From positions 49,821 to 81,820 of the forward strand of contig JAQVTI010000002.1 of the NCBI GenBank assembly GCA_028700115.1: a stretch of DNA of 32,000 nucleotides, in the 5' to 3' direction. The notes under the pieces are model-generated. The model worked only from the letters and a program-made list of their open reading frames with translations. It ran no database searches and was not told the origin of the DNA. Position 1 is the first letter of the stretch; every line of letters starts with the position of its first letter. Made by a program: the position numbers and the translations under genes. The stretch is from Candidatus Iainarchaeum sp. Its GTDB lineage: Archaea; Iainarchaeota; Iainarchaeia; Iainarchaeales; CSSED10-239. Positions 23,838-32,000 of this stretch are shown piece after piece.

Positions 23838-25145
23838 ATGGAACAATTAGAATTTATGGATATTAAAGATATTTTAATTAAGAAACCAGCACAAATTAAT
23901 TTAAGAGGTTGGGTTTATAGAAAAAGAGATCAAAAAGATATTATTTTTATAAGTATAAGAGACCATTCTGGGGTAATACAATTAGTTGTAGATAATTCTA
24001 AAGTATCTAAAGAAATTTTTGAAAATGCAAAAAAATTAACAATTGAATCTTCTTTTAAAATTAAAGGCGTCTTAAGAAAAGAACAAAGAGCTCCAGAAGG
24101 ATATGAAATAGATATTATAGATTTAGAAATAATTAATATTGCAGAAAATTATCCTATTTCAAAAGATTTTTCTGAAGAATTTTTATTAGATGTAAGACAT
24201 TTATGGCTTAGATCTAGAAAAATGAATGCAATTTTAAAAATAAGATCATGTGTTTTTAAAGCTGTTAGAGATTTTTTTATAGAAAATAAATTTTATGAAT
24301 ATCATTCTCCAATTTTACAATCTGTAAACTGTGAAGGAGGATCTACTCTTTTTGAAGTTCCATATTTTGAAAAAAAAGGAGTTTTTTTATCACAAACTTG
24401 GCAACTTTATGCAGAACCTGCAATATTTTCATTAGGTAAAATCTTTTCAATTGAGCCTGCTTTTAGAGCTGAAAAATCTAAAACAACTAGACATTTAACA
24501 GAACTTTGGATGGCAGAAATGGAAGGGGCTTTTATAAATTTTGAAGAATTACAGAATTATGGTGAAAAATTAATTAAAAGAATTTTAAAAGAAGTTTTAG
24601 ATAAACATAAAGAAGAACTTAAAATTTTAAAAAGAGATATTTCTATTTTAGAAAGTTCTTTAGAAAAACCATTTGTTAGAATGACATATGATGAATCTTT
24701 AAATATTTTAAAAGAAAAATTTGATTTTAATATAGAATGGGGAAAAGATTTAAGAACAATTGAAGAAGATAAATTATCTAAACTTTATGATACTTTTATA
24801 ATAATTACTCATTATCCAAAAAAAGTAAAAGCATTTTATATGAAAGAAGATCCTAAAAACCCAGAAGTAGTTTTAGGATTTGATTGTATAGGTCCTGAAG
24901 GTTATGGGGAAATTATAGGTGCATCTGAAAGGGAATCAGATATTAATAAAATTAAAAAAAATCTTTTAGAACAAGGAGAAGATATATCCCAATATGATTT
25001 TTATTTAGATACTAGAAGATATGGTTCTGTTCCTCATTCTGGATTTGGGATGGGTATGGAAAGAATAATTTCTTTTATAATAGGTGCAGATACTATAAAA
25101 GATGCAATTGCATTTCCTAGAACAATGGTTAGATATAAACCTTAG
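23838..25145 (+). CDS. asnS: class IIb aminoacyl-tRNA synthetase, most likely asparaginyl-tRNA synthetase
   Basis: N-terminal OB anticodon-binding domain (LRGWVYRKRDQKDIIFISIRDHSG). Motif 2 FRAEKSKTTRHLTELWMAEMEGAF. Motif 3 GFGMGMERIISFI. QLYAE and C-terminal FPRT (rather than the AspRS FPRD..RL.P) favour AsnRS over AspRS. Confidence 0.7.
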   Translation: MEQLEFMDIKDILIKKPAQINLRGWVYRKRDQKDIIFISIRDHSGVIQLVVDNSKVSKEIFENAKKLTIESSFKIKGVLRKEQRAPEGYEIDIIDLEIINIAENYPISKDFSEEFLLDVRHLWLRSRKMNAILKIRSCVFKAVRDFFIENKFYEYHSPILQSVNCEGGSTLFEVPYFEKKGVFLSQTWQLYAEPAIFSLGKIFSIEPAFRAEKSKTTRHLTELWMAEMEGAFINFEELQNYGEKLIKRILKEVLDKHKEELKILKRDISILESSLEKPFVRMTYDESLNILKEKFDFNIEWGKDLRTIEEDKLSKLYDTFIIITHYPKKVKAFYMKEDPKNPEVVLGFDCIGPEGYGEIIGASERESDINKIKKNLLEQGEDISQYDFYLDTRRYGSVPHSGFGMGMERIISFIIGADTIKDAIAFPRTMVRYKP

Positions 25146-25327
25146 ATTTTATTTAAGGTTTTTTTATATTTTAATTAATATAAATTTATTATATATTGTC
25201 TATTTTTATTTGAATATTTTAATTTATTTTAATTAAATAAAACAAATATAAATATTAATTTATAATAATATATTTTAATGTGGTTTAAAATATTTTTATT
25301 AAATTTTGAAAAAATAAAAAATTTAAT

Positions 25328-26779
25328 CTATTCATAAGCCCAAGTAGTTTCTTCTTTACCATCAAATAAAATTATTCCATTTTCTTTAAGTTTATCTCTT
25401 ATTGTATCTGATTCTTCCCATTTTTTTTTATCTCGTAGTTTTTTTCTAGTTTCTATTAATTTTTTAATTTGTTCTTTTGAAATTTTTAATTTTTTTTCAA
25501 TGCATTCTTTTTCATTTTGTTTATTAAAGCAAAATACTTTAAAAACCATATTTACTTTTTTTAAAAAATCTAAGATTTCTTTAGATTGTTTTATGCTTAT
25601 TTTATTATTTTCTAAAGATTTATTAACTTCTTTAACTAGAAAATGAATTTCTGCCCAAGCACTAGAAGTATTTAAATCATCATCCATTGCTTTTGAAAAA
25701 TTAGAAATTGTTGTATCTATTATTTGTTGTATATTTGGATTTTCTTTTTCAGAATTTATATTTTGTATTCTTTTTATAAACATATTTAATTTTTCTAAAG
25801 TGTTTTTTGCATCTATTATAGATTTATCTGTATAATTTTGAGGTTTTCTATAATGCCCACTAGAAATTAGATATCTTAAACTTTCAGCAGAATTATTTTC
25901 TAAAAAATTTTCAATAGTTATTGAATTTCCTAAAGATTTACCCATTTTTTTTCCATTTACTGTTAAAAGTGCAGAATGTACCCAATAGTTTACAACTTTA
26001 TGTTGGAAATATCCATAATTTTGTGCAATTTCATTTTGATGATGAGGAAAAACATGTTCAACTCCTCCTCCATGAATATCAAAATGATCTCCTAAATATT
26101 TACATCCCATAACAGAACATTCAAGATGCCAACCAGGATATCCAATTCCCCATGGAGAATTCCATTTAAGAATATGATTTTCTTCTGCTTTTATCCAAAG
26201 TGCAAAATCAGCTATATTTTTTTTATTTGGATCATTTGTAAATCTTGTATTTTTTTCAAGTTCTTCTATATTTATTTTTGAAAATTTACCATAGTCTTTA
26301 AATTTTGAAATATCATAATATATATTTCCATTTATATTATATGCATATCCATTTTCAAGCATTTTTTTAATCCAATCTTGCATTTCTATAATATGCCCTG
26401 AAGCAAATGGTTCTATATTTGGTCTTGTTAATTTTAAAAGATCAAAATATTTCCACATTTTATGAGTGTAAGTATAAACTAATTCCATAGGATGTTTTTT
26501 TCTCTCTCTTGCTCTTTTTTCAACCTTGTCTTCTCCAGCGTCTTGGTCATCTGTTAAATGTCCTACATCTGTAATGTTTCTTACATATAAAATATCATAA
26601 TTATGAAAATATTTAAAATAATTTAATAAAATATCATAATAAATATAACTACAAGCATGACCTATGTGTACATCATCATAAACTGTAACTCCACATACAT
26701 ACATTTTAAGTTGTTTTTCATTTATTGGTTTGAATATTTCTTTTTTTCTTGTTAAAGTATTATATATTTTTATTGTCAT
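25328..26779 (-). CDS. cysS: cysteinyl-tRNA synthetase
   Basis: MYVCGVTVYDDVHIGHA (HIGH), PGWHLECS zinc site, KMGKSLGN (KMSKS). AGGTGGA SD is 4 nt upstream of the ATG. Confidence 0.92.
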   Translation of the reverse strand: MTIKIYNTLTRKKEIFKPINEKQLKMYVCGVTVYDDVHIGHACSYIYYDILLNYFKYFHNYDILYVRNITDVGHLTDDQDAGEDKVEKRARERKKHPMELVYTYTHKMWKYFDLLKLTRPNIEPFASGHIIEMQDWIKKMLENGYAYNINGNIYYDISKFKDYGKFSKINIEELEKNTRFTNDPNKKNIADFALWIKAEENHILKWNSPWGIGYPGWHLECSVMGCKYLGDHFDIHGGGVEHVFPHHQNEIAQNYGYFQHKVVNYWVHSALLTVNGKKMGKSLGNSITIENFLENNSAESLRYLISSGHYRKPQNYTDKSIIDAKNTLEKLNMFIKRIQNINSEKENPNIQQIIDTTISNFSKAMDDDLNTSSAWAEIHFLVKEVNKSLENNKISIKQSKEILDFLKKVNMVFKVFCFNKQNEKECIEKKLKISKEQIKKLIETRKKLRDKKKWEESDTIRDKLKENGIILFDGKEETTWAYE

Positions 26780-27001
26780 TTAATCCACCTTCTCTTAAAA
26801 TGTATATTTTGAAGTTATTTATTTATATATTTATTCAAAATATTATATATATTATAAAGATAATTTATTTAAAGCCTTTTTTTATTCAAAAAAAGGTTTA
26901 TTAAGTTAACCATATACTATATAAATAATTTGTTGATTATATTATATATAATTAATTTTATATAATTTATATTTATTTAACTTAAATAGGAGAAATTAGA
27001 G

Positions 27002-30000
27002 ATGTTATTTAATAAAAAATTTTTTGGAATTTTATTAGTTTTTATATTTACTTTTTTTGCTTTTTCTGTAAATATTTTTGCAGAAGCAACAGAATGGACT
27101 GGTGGAGATGTTGGTTTAAAGATTAACTCTTTAAAATTTAATGAAGATACTAATGTTCTTGATTTTAATTTTTCTGTAAATTCTAATAAACCTATTTACT
27201 GTGCTTTTGTTTTTGATAAAGATATTAGTCCAGAAATAGATTCTTTTTTATCTAAAAATATGTATGATAAATCAGATACTGTTTCTATGGTATTTAATAC
27301 TCCTATAAAAGTTATAAAATATAATACAGATATGTTTTCTCCAACTAATGCAGATGAATTTTTTATAAAATCATATAATTTAAATGCTGTTAATTCTAAA
27401 TTTTTAGATTTATCAAAATTTTCTAAAGTTGCTTTATATTGTGTTCAATATATAGGAGATTCTAAAGCGGATTATATGGGTAGTTCAAAAAAATTAATAG
27501 GTACTAATAAAGGATTACGAGAATATATTTCTGATAACTTAAATAAAGAAGATGATTCTTTTAAGAAAGGGACTTTGTTTAATAGAAATTCATTATTTAG
27601 AACTGAATTACATATTTTTGAAGAACCTAATCAAGAAGCTTCTAAGTTTATTTTAAATTTAGATGATTCTGATGAAACAGAAGATGAAACTGAAAAAGAA
27701 GATGATTCTAAAAATAAAATAACTACACAAACTTCATCTAAACCTATTAATCACATTTCATTTTTAGAAGTTTCTTCAAATAATGAAAATGCAATTTGTT
27801 CAAATGGAATTTGTTATATAAATACAGATTCTACAGATTCTTTTAATATTAAAAATCAAGTTAATTTTGATGATGGAAAAGAATATTTAGTTCATACAAG
27901 AATTTTATCAATTGGTATTTTACAATCTAGTTTAGAAGATTATATTTTAAATACATTTGAATATTCAAATAATGCAGCTGGGAATTTAACTGAAAATATA
28001 AATTTTATAGATAATGCTTATTTTAAAGGAAATTTAGATGAATTTAATTTAGAAGGAAAACTTGGTTCAAATCAAGTTATTTTAGTTGCAACAAGTTATA
28101 AAACAGATAATGGTTCAACTTATACAAATTATAGTATTTATATGGGAGTAGATAATTCTGAGTTTTCAAAAATTTTATTATATGAAGGAAATAGAAGTAT
28201 AATAAATGCATCTTGTCCTGATTGTTTAGGATTTTATGTTTCTTCAAGTATTATTCCTAAAGTTAAAGATACTTTAGAAAATACTTTAAATATAGAAAAA
28301 TTAGAAAATGTTTTAGAAGGATTAACTTGTAGTTATTCTCAAACTCCAATTGATCCTAAAGAAACTAAAGCAGTTCAAATTCCTGGATGTGATATTAGTA
28401 CTTTAGATCCTAAAGGATATCAAAAATGTGTAACTGATACTTTATTAGAATATAAGGACGTTAGACCAATTCAATATGGAGATAATTATATTTGTGAAGA
28501 AACAGAAGAAGTTTTTGAACCTTCTGGAGATTTAATTGATTGTTTTACAATGATTAAACTTTCTGATAAATCTGTAAGAGATGATGATAGAAATTTTATT
28601 TCTGATTCTGATAAAAATTTTGAAACAATTATAGATGGTAAGAAAAAATCAAGTTTAACTTTTTTAGAAAAATATGATGATTCTAGGATTAAAGTTATAT
28701 TTGATGATATTACTTCTAAAATGACATTTTCTGATGAAGAAAAAGCTGTGTTTTGGGCAAACATAATGGAAGAATCTGGATTTAAAAATAAATCTAGTGA
28801 CAATGGTGAGTCTGTGTCTTTATCTCAAGTTTATATTCCTTATTGGAATGATGAAGATGAATATAATATGATTGCAGATTATATGAAATTAATTAATACT
28901 GATATGACTTATCAAATTTATAAAACAGATTATATTGATACAAATTTAAAAGATATAGAAAAAAGTCTTGAAGTTGGAGCTGCAATCTTTTTATATATGA
29001 GAGATAAAATTGCAGGTAATTTTAACTGTTTAAATGAAAAAACTAGAGAATATGTAGATTCTCCTAATAGGTGTGATAAAGACGCAAATAGTTGTCTAGC
29101 AATTAATACTGCTTTTGTTACATTTTATTTGTATAATGCAGGTGAAGATGAATTACCTGATTTTACAAAAGGAATTCCAGAAGTAGGATCAGAGTATACT
29201 ATTAAGTTATATACTATAGATGAGATGAAAAATGCAAAAGATTCTAAATCAGATGGAATTTTACCTCATCATATTGTTTTGTCATCTACAAGAAAAGTTG
29301 GACATTATTTAGCATATAAAGAACATTATTATGGAGTTTCTGTTTCAAGTACATCTGCTAATAATTCAACTACAACAGGAAGTTCTGTAAAAAATGAAAC
29401 TACAACAGGAAGTTCAGCTTCAAATCAAACAAGTACTTCTTCAGAAACTGTTGAAAAAGAACTTGAAGAATTAAAAAATCCTGAAAATAATTATAGTGGA
29501 GATCCTGAAAATTATATGACAATAGGTGGATCTATTGATAATTTTTTAAAAGAAGTTAATCCTAAGAGATTTCCTGATCCTGCTTTGAGAGAATGTATTG
29601 CTAATCATTATCAATTAGGTGGTTTAGAGAATATAGAATCATTAGATTGTAGTTCTTTTCCTATTAAAAATTTACAAGGAATTGAATATTTAGAATATTT
29701 GAAGATAGTTAATTTAGATTCTGGAGATGAAATTGAAAATTTAAATTTTTTATCTAATTTAGAATATTTAAAAAAGCTTGATATTGATTCTTATGGTCAA
29801 GTAGATACTTCTTTTTTATTAAATTTATCTAGTTTAAATTATTTATCTTTAAGAGGTATAGAAAATTTAGATGTTTCCCATTTAGTAAATTTAAATAATT
29901 TAAATACTCTTATTCTTAATTATAGTAGTCTTATAAATTATTCTGAATTATCTAATTTAACAAATTTATCTGAATTTGATGCAATGAGTTCTAATATAAC

Positions 30001-30874
30001 TGATATTTCATTTATATCTAATTTAACAAAGTTAGAAATTTTAAATTTATGTTATAATTCTATTACTGATATATCTCCTATATCAAATTTAACAAATTTA
30101 AATCATTTGAATCTTCGTAGTTGTTCTACAATTACTGATATTTCTTCTTTATCAGGTTTAACTAATTTATCTTCTCTTGATGTAAGTAATAATGATATTT
30201 CGGATTTAAGTCCTTTATTTGGTATTTCAAATTTAAATTATTTAGATGTTATATCTAATAATCTAGATGCAGAAGATATTAAAGAAGTTGAAAATAATTT
30301 GACTGGATTATTACATTTTTATCATGATGAATTTGAAGAAACAGGTACTGTTAGTACTCAAAATAATTCAAATTCAAATTCAAAATTAGAATTAGATTTA
30401 GAAAATAAATTCCCTGATGAACAATTTAGATTATGTGTTAGTGATATTTTAGCTAAATCTACTGTGACTGATCCAAATTATATATTTTTAACAATTACAG
30501 AATTAGATTGTCAAAGTTATGGTGTTAAATCTATAAAAGGAATTAATTATTTTCCAAATTTAACTACTTTAAATTTAGCAGGTAATGAAATTAGTGATAT
30601 TAATCCATTAAAAGCATTATATAAATTAGAATATTTAGATTTAAAAGTAAATGAACTAAATAATAATAGTTGTGAAAAAGAATCTTGGAGAATATTTAGT
30701 AATGTGGATATTGATAATTGTTTTGATCATATGTCTAATTTAAAATCTTTAGATATTAGTCTTAATATTAATCTTGGGGAAACTGCTAATAAAGAAATTT
30801 TAGAAGATTTGCCTGAAAATTCTAAGTTAACTTGTACTGAAAATGCTATTACTAAAATTTATATTAATAAATAA
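27002..30874 (+). CDS. 1290-aa secreted multidomain protein: Sec signal peptide, unknown N-terminal domains, SLT/GH23-like segment, Ser/Thr linker, two internalin-like LRR blocks
   Basis: Signal peptide FGILLVFIFTFFAFSVNIFA|EA. AGGAGA SD. Acidic patch DDSDETEDETEKEDDS. ES...SLSQ...YNAG motif set (28721-29170). S/T linker with a duplicated TTTGSS unit (about 29340-29450). 22-residue LRRs of the type LTNLxxLxLxxNxITDISPLSN (29570-30300 and 30410-30871), each preceded by an FPD...C cap. Confidence 0.85.
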   Translation: MLFNKKFFGILLVFIFTFFAFSVNIFAEATEWTGGDVGLKINSLKFNEDTNVLDFNFSVNSNKPIYCAFVFDKDISPEIDSFLSKNMYDKSDTVSMVFNTPIKVIKYNTDMFSPTNADEFFIKSYNLNAVNSKFLDLSKFSKVALYCVQYIGDSKADYMGSSKKLIGTNKGLREYISDNLNKEDDSFKKGTLFNRNSLFRTELHIFEEPNQEASKFILNLDDSDETEDETEKEDDSKNKITTQTSSKPINHISFLEVSSNNENAICSNGICYINTDSTDSFNIKNQVNFDDGKEYLVHTRILSIGILQSSLEDYILNTFEYSNNAAGNLTENINFIDNAYFKGNLDEFNLEGKLGSNQVILVATSYKTDNGSTYTNYSIYMGVDNSEFSKILLYEGNRSIINASCPDCLGFYVSSSIIPKVKDTLENTLNIEKLENVLEGLTCSYSQTPIDPKETKAVQIPGCDISTLDPKGYQKCVTDTLLEYKDVRPIQYGDNYICEETEEVFEPSGDLIDCFTMIKLSDKSVRDDDRNFISDSDKNFETIIDGKKKSSLTFLEKYDDSRIKVIFDDITSKMTFSDEEKAVFWANIMEESGFKNKSSDNGESVSLSQVYIPYWNDEDEYNMIADYMKLINTDMTYQIYKTDYIDTNLKDIEKSLEVGAAIFLYMRDKIAGNFNCLNEKTREYVDSPNRCDKDANSCLAINTAFVTFYLYNAGEDELPDFTKGIPEVGSEYTIKLYTIDEMKNAKDSKSDGILPHHIVLSSTRKVGHYLAYKEHYYGVSVSSTSANNSTTTGSSVKNETTTGSSASNQTSTSSETVEKELEELKNPENNYSGDPENYMTIGGSIDNFLKEVNPKRFPDPALRECIANHYQLGGLENIESLDCSSFPIKNLQGIEYLEYLKIVNLDSGDEIENLNFLSNLEYLKKLDIDSYGQVDTSFLLNLSSLNYLSLRGIENLDVSHLVNLNNLNTLILNYSSLINYSELSNLTNLSEFDAMSSNITDISFISNLTKLEILNLCYNSITDISPISNLTNLNHLNLRSCSTITDISSLSGLTNLSSLDVSNNDISDLSPLFGISNLNYLDVISNNLDAEDIKEVENNLTGLLHFYHDEFEETGTVSTQNNSNSNSKLELDLENKFPDEQFRLCVSDILAKSTVTDPNYIFLTITELDCQSYGVKSIKGINYFPNLTTLNLAGNEISDINPLKALYKLEYLDLKVNELNNNSCEKESWRIFSNVDIDNCFDHMSNLKSLDISLNINLGETANKEILEDLPENSKLTCTENAITKIYINK
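28721..29170 (+). other. candidate lytic transglycosylase (SLT / GH23 lysozyme-like) domain within the 27002-30874 CDS
   Basis: IMEESGFKNKSSDNGESVSLSQV has E-S and then Q exactly 17 residues after the Ser, as in E. coli Slt70 (ESAWNPKVKSPVGASGLMQ). Downstream are D.E..L.VGAAIFLY and LYNAG (compare AAYNAG). The spacers between motifs are longer than in canonical SLT domains. Confidence 0.4.
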
Positions 30875-30887
30875 ATGATGATTAAAT

Positions 30888-31913
30888 ATGTTTAGTGTTT
30901 TTAAGAAAAAAAATAAGAACTCTAAACATAGACTTCTTTCTTTAGGTATAGAATCTACTGCGCATACTCTTGGAATTGGAATTATTGATAATTCTGGTAA
31001 AGAATATGTAAATATAAAAAGACAATTCAAACAAGAAGACACAGCAAGTGGTTTTAAACCATTTGATGCAGCTAATTTTCACTATCAAAATGCTTTGCCT
31101 TTACTAAAAGACGCATTAACTAAAGCAAATTTAAAGATGAAAGACATAGATGTTATTTCATTTTCAAAAAGCCCAGGTCTTGCACCTTCTCTTTCAGTTG
31201 GAGCTACTTTTGCAAGAACTTTGTCTATTAAATATAATAAACCAATAGTTGGTGTAAATCATTGTGTTGCGCATCTAGAGATAGGAAAAACTCTAACAGG
31301 AGCAAAAGATCCTTTATTTATTTTTACATCTGGAGCAAACACACAAATTATTGCAAGAAACTATAATAAATATAGAGTTGTTGGAGAAACATTAGATATG
31401 GGTCTTGGAAATTTACTAGATACTTTTGCAAGAGATTTAGGTTATGGTTTTCCTGGTGGACCTGTTTTGGACAAAATGTATTTTGAATCAACTAACTATA
31501 TAGATCTACCTTATACTGTAAAAGGAATGGATTTAGCCTTTTCTGGACTTTTGACATCTGCTCAGAAAAAAATTGAAAAAGTAAAAAAAGAAGATCTAGT
31601 TTATTCATTTGTTCATACAGCATACGCTATGGTTCTAGAAGTTTGTGAGAGAGCATTATCATATACTAAAAAAAAAGAAATCATGGTAGTTGGTGGAGTT
31701 GCAGCTTCAAAAGCTCTAAAAAGCATGCTTGAATCTTTTTGTAAACAAAGAGGAGTTAAGATGTTTTTAGTTCCAATTGCAGCATGTATGGATAATGGTT
31801 TAATGATTGCTGATTTAGGTTTAAAGGAATATATTGCAAATGGTTCAAATAAACTTGAAGAAACTATAATTAATCCAACAGAGAGAGTAGATCAAGTAAT
31901 TATTAACTTTTAA
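30888..31913 (+). CDS. kae1: tRNA N6-adenosine threonylcarbamoyltransferase Kae1 (t6A37 synthesis), not fused to Bud32
   Basis: LGIESTAHTLGIGIID N-terminus. Metal-binding NHCVAHLEIG. GANTQII, GGPVLDK and VVGGVAASKAL segments of the Kae1/TsaD/OSGEP family. Confidence 0.9.
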   Translation: MFSVFKKKNKNSKHRLLSLGIESTAHTLGIGIIDNSGKEYVNIKRQFKQEDTASGFKPFDAANFHYQNALPLLKDALTKANLKMKDIDVISFSKSPGLAPSLSVGATFARTLSIKYNKPIVGVNHCVAHLEIGKTLTGAKDPLFIFTSGANTQIIARNYNKYRVVGETLDMGLGNLLDTFARDLGYGFPGGPVLDKMYFESTNYIDLPYTVKGMDLAFSGLLTSAQKKIEKVKKEDLVYSFVHTAYAMVLEVCERALSYTKKKEIMVVGGVAASKALKSMLESFCKQRGVKMFLVPIAACMDNGLMIADLGLKEYIANGSNKLEETIINPTERVDQVIINF

Positions 31914-31937
31914 AAATATATATATATATAAATTATA

Positions 31938-32000
31938 TATGAAATATAAATTTTTTTTAATATTTTTTTTTATTTTATTTTTTTCAATAAATATATTTGT
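31938..32000 (+). CDS. possible 5' end of another signal-peptide protein (truncated by the window end)
   Basis: ATG at 31938 gives MKYKFFLIFFFILFFSINIF... This resembles the h-region/cleavage region (FSVNIFA) of the 27002 protein. Only 21 codons are visible, and the reading frame is T-rich low complexity. Confidence 0.2.

Noticed and set aside
23838-25145. Calling this aaRS a non-discriminating AspRS
   Set aside because: The QLYAE segment, the motif-2 context and the C-terminal FPRT (not FPRD..RL.P) look AsnRS-like, and no gatCAB is visible. The Asn/Asp distinction cannot be settled without an alignment or tree, so confidence is kept moderate.
25921-26112. 63-aa plus-strand ORF inside cysS
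   Set aside because: It is antisense to the conserved CysRS catalytic core.
26875-26896. Hairpin ccttttttt-attc-aaaaaaagg in the cysS / LRR-gene divergent spacer
   Set aside because: The stem is almost entirely A:T homopolymer. It lies between divergent starts where no terminator is expected, so it is probably a compositional coincidence.
28486-28803. 105-aa minus-strand ORF inside the 1290-aa gene
   Set aside because: It is antisense to a long intact ORF. Its Ser/Leu-rich composition mirrors the sense GAA/GAT-rich codons.
30827-31042. 71-aa minus-strand ORF across the LRR-gene/kae1 junction
   Set aside because: It overlaps the conserved Kae1 N-terminus (LGIESTAHTLGIG) on the opposite strand.
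31917-31937. (TA)n microsatellite after kae1
   Set aside because: It is a short simple-sequence tract typical of AT-rich spacers, with nothing to suggest function.
1-32000. Mobile elements, prophage, toxin-antitoxin or other defence-island content
   Set aside because: I could not recognise a transposase, integrase, recombinase, terminal inverted repeats, a tRNA-flanked direct repeat or a defence-gene motif in any frame. The tRNA genes show no adjacent partial duplicates.

Overview
This is a very AT-rich archaeal chromosome segment, roughly three quarters A+T by eye. Archaeal hallmarks are GatD/GatE, a group II chaperonin (thermosome), Kae1, a histone-fold protein, an NABP/Sulfolobus-type single-OB SSB and class III (archaeal pilin/flagellin-type) signal peptides. 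The compact genes and extreme composition suggest a DPANN-type lineage, which is an inference only.

Most of the window is housekeeping:
- a minus-strand tldD-pmbA-nth operon
- gatD-gatE
- a HIT hydrolase
- thermosome and SSB
- a Na+/H+ antiporter
- IleRS, an Asn/Asp-type class II aaRS (AsnRS favoured) and CysRS
- Kae1
- three tRNAs: Gln-UUG, Ile-GAU and the uncommon Ile-UAU

Many first genes carry GGTGAT/GGAGG-type Shine-Dalgarno motifs. All three stop codons are used as stops. I saw no CRISPR array, transposase, integrase or recognisable defence system.

Two accessory cell-surface loci are the parts that deserve a second look:
1. 4510-7924: a GtrA-like protein, then a small pilin-like protein, then a protein of over 700 aa. 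This large protein has a pilin-type N-terminus interrupted by an in-frame TAA. It also carries CGDGxC-type Cys-rich modules, a 132-aa Hint/BIL-like autoprocessing domain with a non-nucleophilic +1 residue, and a C-terminal cargo domain.
2. 27002-30874: a 1290-aa secreted protein. It combines a divergent lytic-transglycosylase (GH23/SLT)-like motif set with two internalin-like LRR blocks.

Both functional readings are hypotheses from motif-level reading only; no searches were run.
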